Source: Bacteroidales bacterium UBA5226 (lineage in GTDB: Bacteria > Bacteroidota > Bacteroidia > Bacteroidales > UBA932). Taken from it: DNA of 64,000 nucleotides. Each line of letters begins with the position of its first letter. The stretch's first letter is position 1. The stretch lies in assembly GCA_002409325.1 (NCBI GenBank), contig DHUU01000001.1, forward strand, positions 33,101 through 97,100, in the 5' to 3' direction. Positions 62,140 through 64,000 of this stretch are shown here, piece by piece. A program made the position numbers and the translations under genes. The notes beneath the pieces are model-generated. The model was given only the letters and a program-made list of their open reading frames with translations, searched no databases and was not told the DNA's origin.

Positions 62140-64000
62140 TTATTGCAGCGGAGTAACTACTTCCAGCAATTCAGGCAGGTCCATTCCAATTTCTTTCAGA
62201 AATTCCACCCTGGGAACCCCGTTTTTGTTCCAGCCCCGGCGTTTGTAAACAGCATCGAGGAGTTTCTCATAACGGTTTTCCCTGTACTTGCGCAACGCGC
62301 TGCGTCTTTCATCCAGCGTCATGCCGGAGGGGTCAATCCCCGCTTCTTCCACCAGCTGCCTGTCATACCTTTCCTGTCTTGACAGGTACTCTTCCTCCGT
62401 AACAGGGCCACAGGCACGGTAAGGCTGTGCATCGTCCCTACGCAGTCCGTATCCCATACGTATGTTGAATACCCTCTGGAAATTGTACACCCTTTCAGAC
62501 ATATTGATTAATGAGTTTTTGTCTATTTGTCTGCCGGTTACAGCGTTGAAAACAGTCACGTAATTGTCCACGTGTTCTGGGACCTTCGCAGGCTCTGCGG
62601 TTTGGGCATTGTTGGCCGGTTCAATGTCGTTCCAGCACAGTTTGCAGAAACCGGCCAGCCCGAACCATGTCCTGAACATGGGAAAGTAATGGAGTGCTTC
62701 TGCCTTGTCTTCAAAGGTGGGAATCTGGTTGTTGACCATGTCCATAAAAATCAGCCAGGCTTCGTCGTGCTGGGGTCCTTTGTTGGTCATGGCATAGCCT
62801 CCCTGCTGGGCAAGCGATTCCTTGGAAATGTACATGGAATACTCCATACCCTTGTTTTCCATGGCAATATCTTTAAGAAACAACGGGTCACCCCAGCCTT
62901 TCTGAATGAACATTTCCTTCATTTTTCTTACTCCAAGGCCGGCAACCAGGCCGAAGCCCTCCCCGCGGGCCAGCTGGTGCATGCATTCCAGGGCATCCGG
63001 TGCATTTCCCCAGGTAAAATCCAGCCCGCCAGTCTTTTCTTTGTTCAGGATGCCAGCCTGCCAGCATTCCATGATGAATGCCATAATATTGCCCCAGGAT
63101 ATGGTGCAGATACCGTATGTATCGCAATAGAAATTCTGTTCTATTACATAGAGCGGATCAAAAATCGCCAGGTTGGAACCCAGTGCGGCTGCCGTTTCGT
63201 ATTCAGGACCATCCACCAGAACTTTGCTTCCTTTGTAAGGGCCTGTTCTCAGCTCAAAATTATCTACACCCTTGGCACACATCATGGTACATCCCAGCCA
63301 GCATCCATCGGGAACCCCCTGGGTAAAGTATTTCTTCCAGACTTCCATATCAATTTTATGGCAATCTTTGTGATCCCCGAATTTAAAATTCATTACCGGA
63401 AGCAGGTCGTACTTTTCCATGACCCCCATCAGGTGGGCTGTTCCCAGTTTTCTCATCTGGCACTGCTGGTCGTCCAGTTCGTTCATCTCCCGGGCAAAAC
63501 GCCTGCCGCGCTCCATGATGGCCGGCAAATCGGCCACGTTGTTCAGTGTTCCTGATACTTTGGGTATTTTGGCCACAATGGCGCGCACGTTTTTATGACG
63601 CATTAAAGTGCCCAATCCTCCCCTGCCCGCCTGTTTTAACCTGATCTTTTTGCGTTTCACATCATAAAAAGAAAAGTTGAGCATTCCAATAAGGGAATGG
63701 TCGGCAGCCTGTCCGGTTGATATGACGGAGACATTCAATTTGTCCGCTTCACTGTCGGCAAACATTTCATGAAGTTCCTCTGCCAGCAAGTGGGAATCCA
63801 GGTGCATTCCCGCCGGGGGAACAAAAAATTCTATCTCGTGATTTACACCGTTAATGAAAAGGATAACCTCGCGCGGCGCAATGCCCTGCACCTCCAGGGC
63901 ATCAAACCCGGCAAATTTCAAATGCGGCCCAAAATGCCCTCCCACGTTGGAATCCACCACACCTTCCGTCAGCGGGGAAAGGCCTACGCAGATACTCTTT
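62140..64000 (-). CDS. aldehyde:ferredoxin oxidoreductase family (tungsten/molybdopterin), N-terminus outside window
   Basis: The frame stays open from 63960 to the window end (…KSICVGLSPLTEGVVDSNVGGHFGP). The listed M at 63960 is an internal GTG. AOR-like blocks are SPLT.G, GFDALEVQG and the C-terminal RRGWNKNGVP. Confidence 0.85.
   Translation of the reverse strand, partial: KSICVGLSPLTEGVVDSNVGGHFGPHLKFAGFDALEVQGIAPREVILFINGVNHEIEFFVPPAGMHLDSHLLAEELHEMFADSEADKLNVSVISTGQAADHSLIGMLNFSFYDVKRKKIRLKQAGRGGLGTLMRHKNVRAIVAKIPKVSGTLNNVADLPAIMERGRRFAREMNELDDQQCQMRKLGTAHLMGVMEKYDLLPVMNFKFGDHKDCHKIDMEVWKKYFTQGVPDGCWLGCTMMCAKGVDNFELRTGPYKGSKVLVDGPEYETAAALGSNLAIFDPLYVIEQNFYCDTYGICTISWGNIMAFIMECWQAGILNKEKTGGLDFTWGNAPDALECMHQLARGEGFGLVAGLGVRKMKEMFIQKGWGDPLFLKDIAMENKGMEYSMYISKESLAQQGGYAMTNKGPQHDEAWLIFMDMVNNQIPTFEDKAEALHYFPMFRTWFGLAGFCKLCWNDIEPANNAQTAEPAKVPEHVDNYVTVFNAVTGRQIDKNSLINMSERVYNFQRVFNIRMGYGLRRDDAQPYRACGPVTEEEYLSRQERYDRQLVEEAGIDPSGMTLDERRSALRKYRENRYEKLLDAVYKRRGWNKNGVPRVEFLKEIGMDLPELLEVVTPLQ

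Noticed and set aside
62527-63555. 342-aa plus-strand ORF
   Set aside because: It is antisense to the aldehyde:ferredoxin oxidoreductase gene and has no motif, so it is a shadow ORF.
1-64000. Search for CRISPR arrays, tRNA/rRNA genes, transposases, integrases, toxin-antitoxin or known defence genes
   Set aside because: No spaced direct-repeat array was seen. All non-coding gaps except 48806-49311 are 100 nt or shorter and are AT-rich without tRNA-like stems. No ORF shows DDE, tyrosine- or serine-recombinase motifs or typical defence-system motifs.

Overview
This 64-kb chromosomal window looks like a Bacteroidota (Bacteroidales-like) anaerobe. TAnnTTTG -7 promoter boxes recur 13-31 nt upstream of start codons. 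Many signal peptides end in a lipobox Cys. There is a CarboxypepD_reg/Plug TonB-dependent receptor followed by a DUF4249-type lipoprotein, and there are GIN/DUF2807 proteins. I call 53 protein-coding genes, two of them cut by the window edges. I found no rRNA, tRNA, CRISPR array, transposase or integrase. All family names come from motifs I can read plus recall; nothing was searched. Blocks: (i) 1-6605 is an overlap-coupled operon encoding a CrtI/RetSat-like flavoenzyme, a B12-radical SAM enzyme, a 130-aa orphan, an esterase, a PaaK-type adenylating enzyme, a PlsC-type acyltransferase and a DUF2147 protein. (ii) 10044-19868 is an eight-gene peptidoglycan/MurNAc salvage operon (GT2, SpoIID, AmpG, NamZ-like, GH18, AmgK-like kinase fused to a RapZ C-terminal domain, MurU-like, C-S lyase). 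(iii) 19949-26320 is a TonB-receptor cluster. (iv) 26327-31774 is an RND efflux operon. (v) 34117-45901 is an eleven-gene lysine-fermentation operon of the aminotransferase (Kat) type, carrying an embedded MutS-domain ATPase plus P-loop pair. (vi) 48806-49311 is a 0.5-kb island of about 20 % G+C holding a phased array of TTACA-N2-TGTAA inverted repeats in front of a CI-type HTH gene. (vii) 51892-56856 is an ECF sigma / anti-sigma / two GIN (Toastrack-like) / dipeptidase operon headed by a DUF3810 metalloprotease-like gene. (viii) The remainder holds a 1096-aa secreted protein, htpG and a truncated aldehyde:ferredoxin oxidoreductase. The best candidates for something not yet properly described are the MutS-like/P-loop pair inside the B12 aminomutase operon, the kinase-RapZ_C fusion, the 1-6605 lipid-type operon, and the phased operator array with its AT-rich island.
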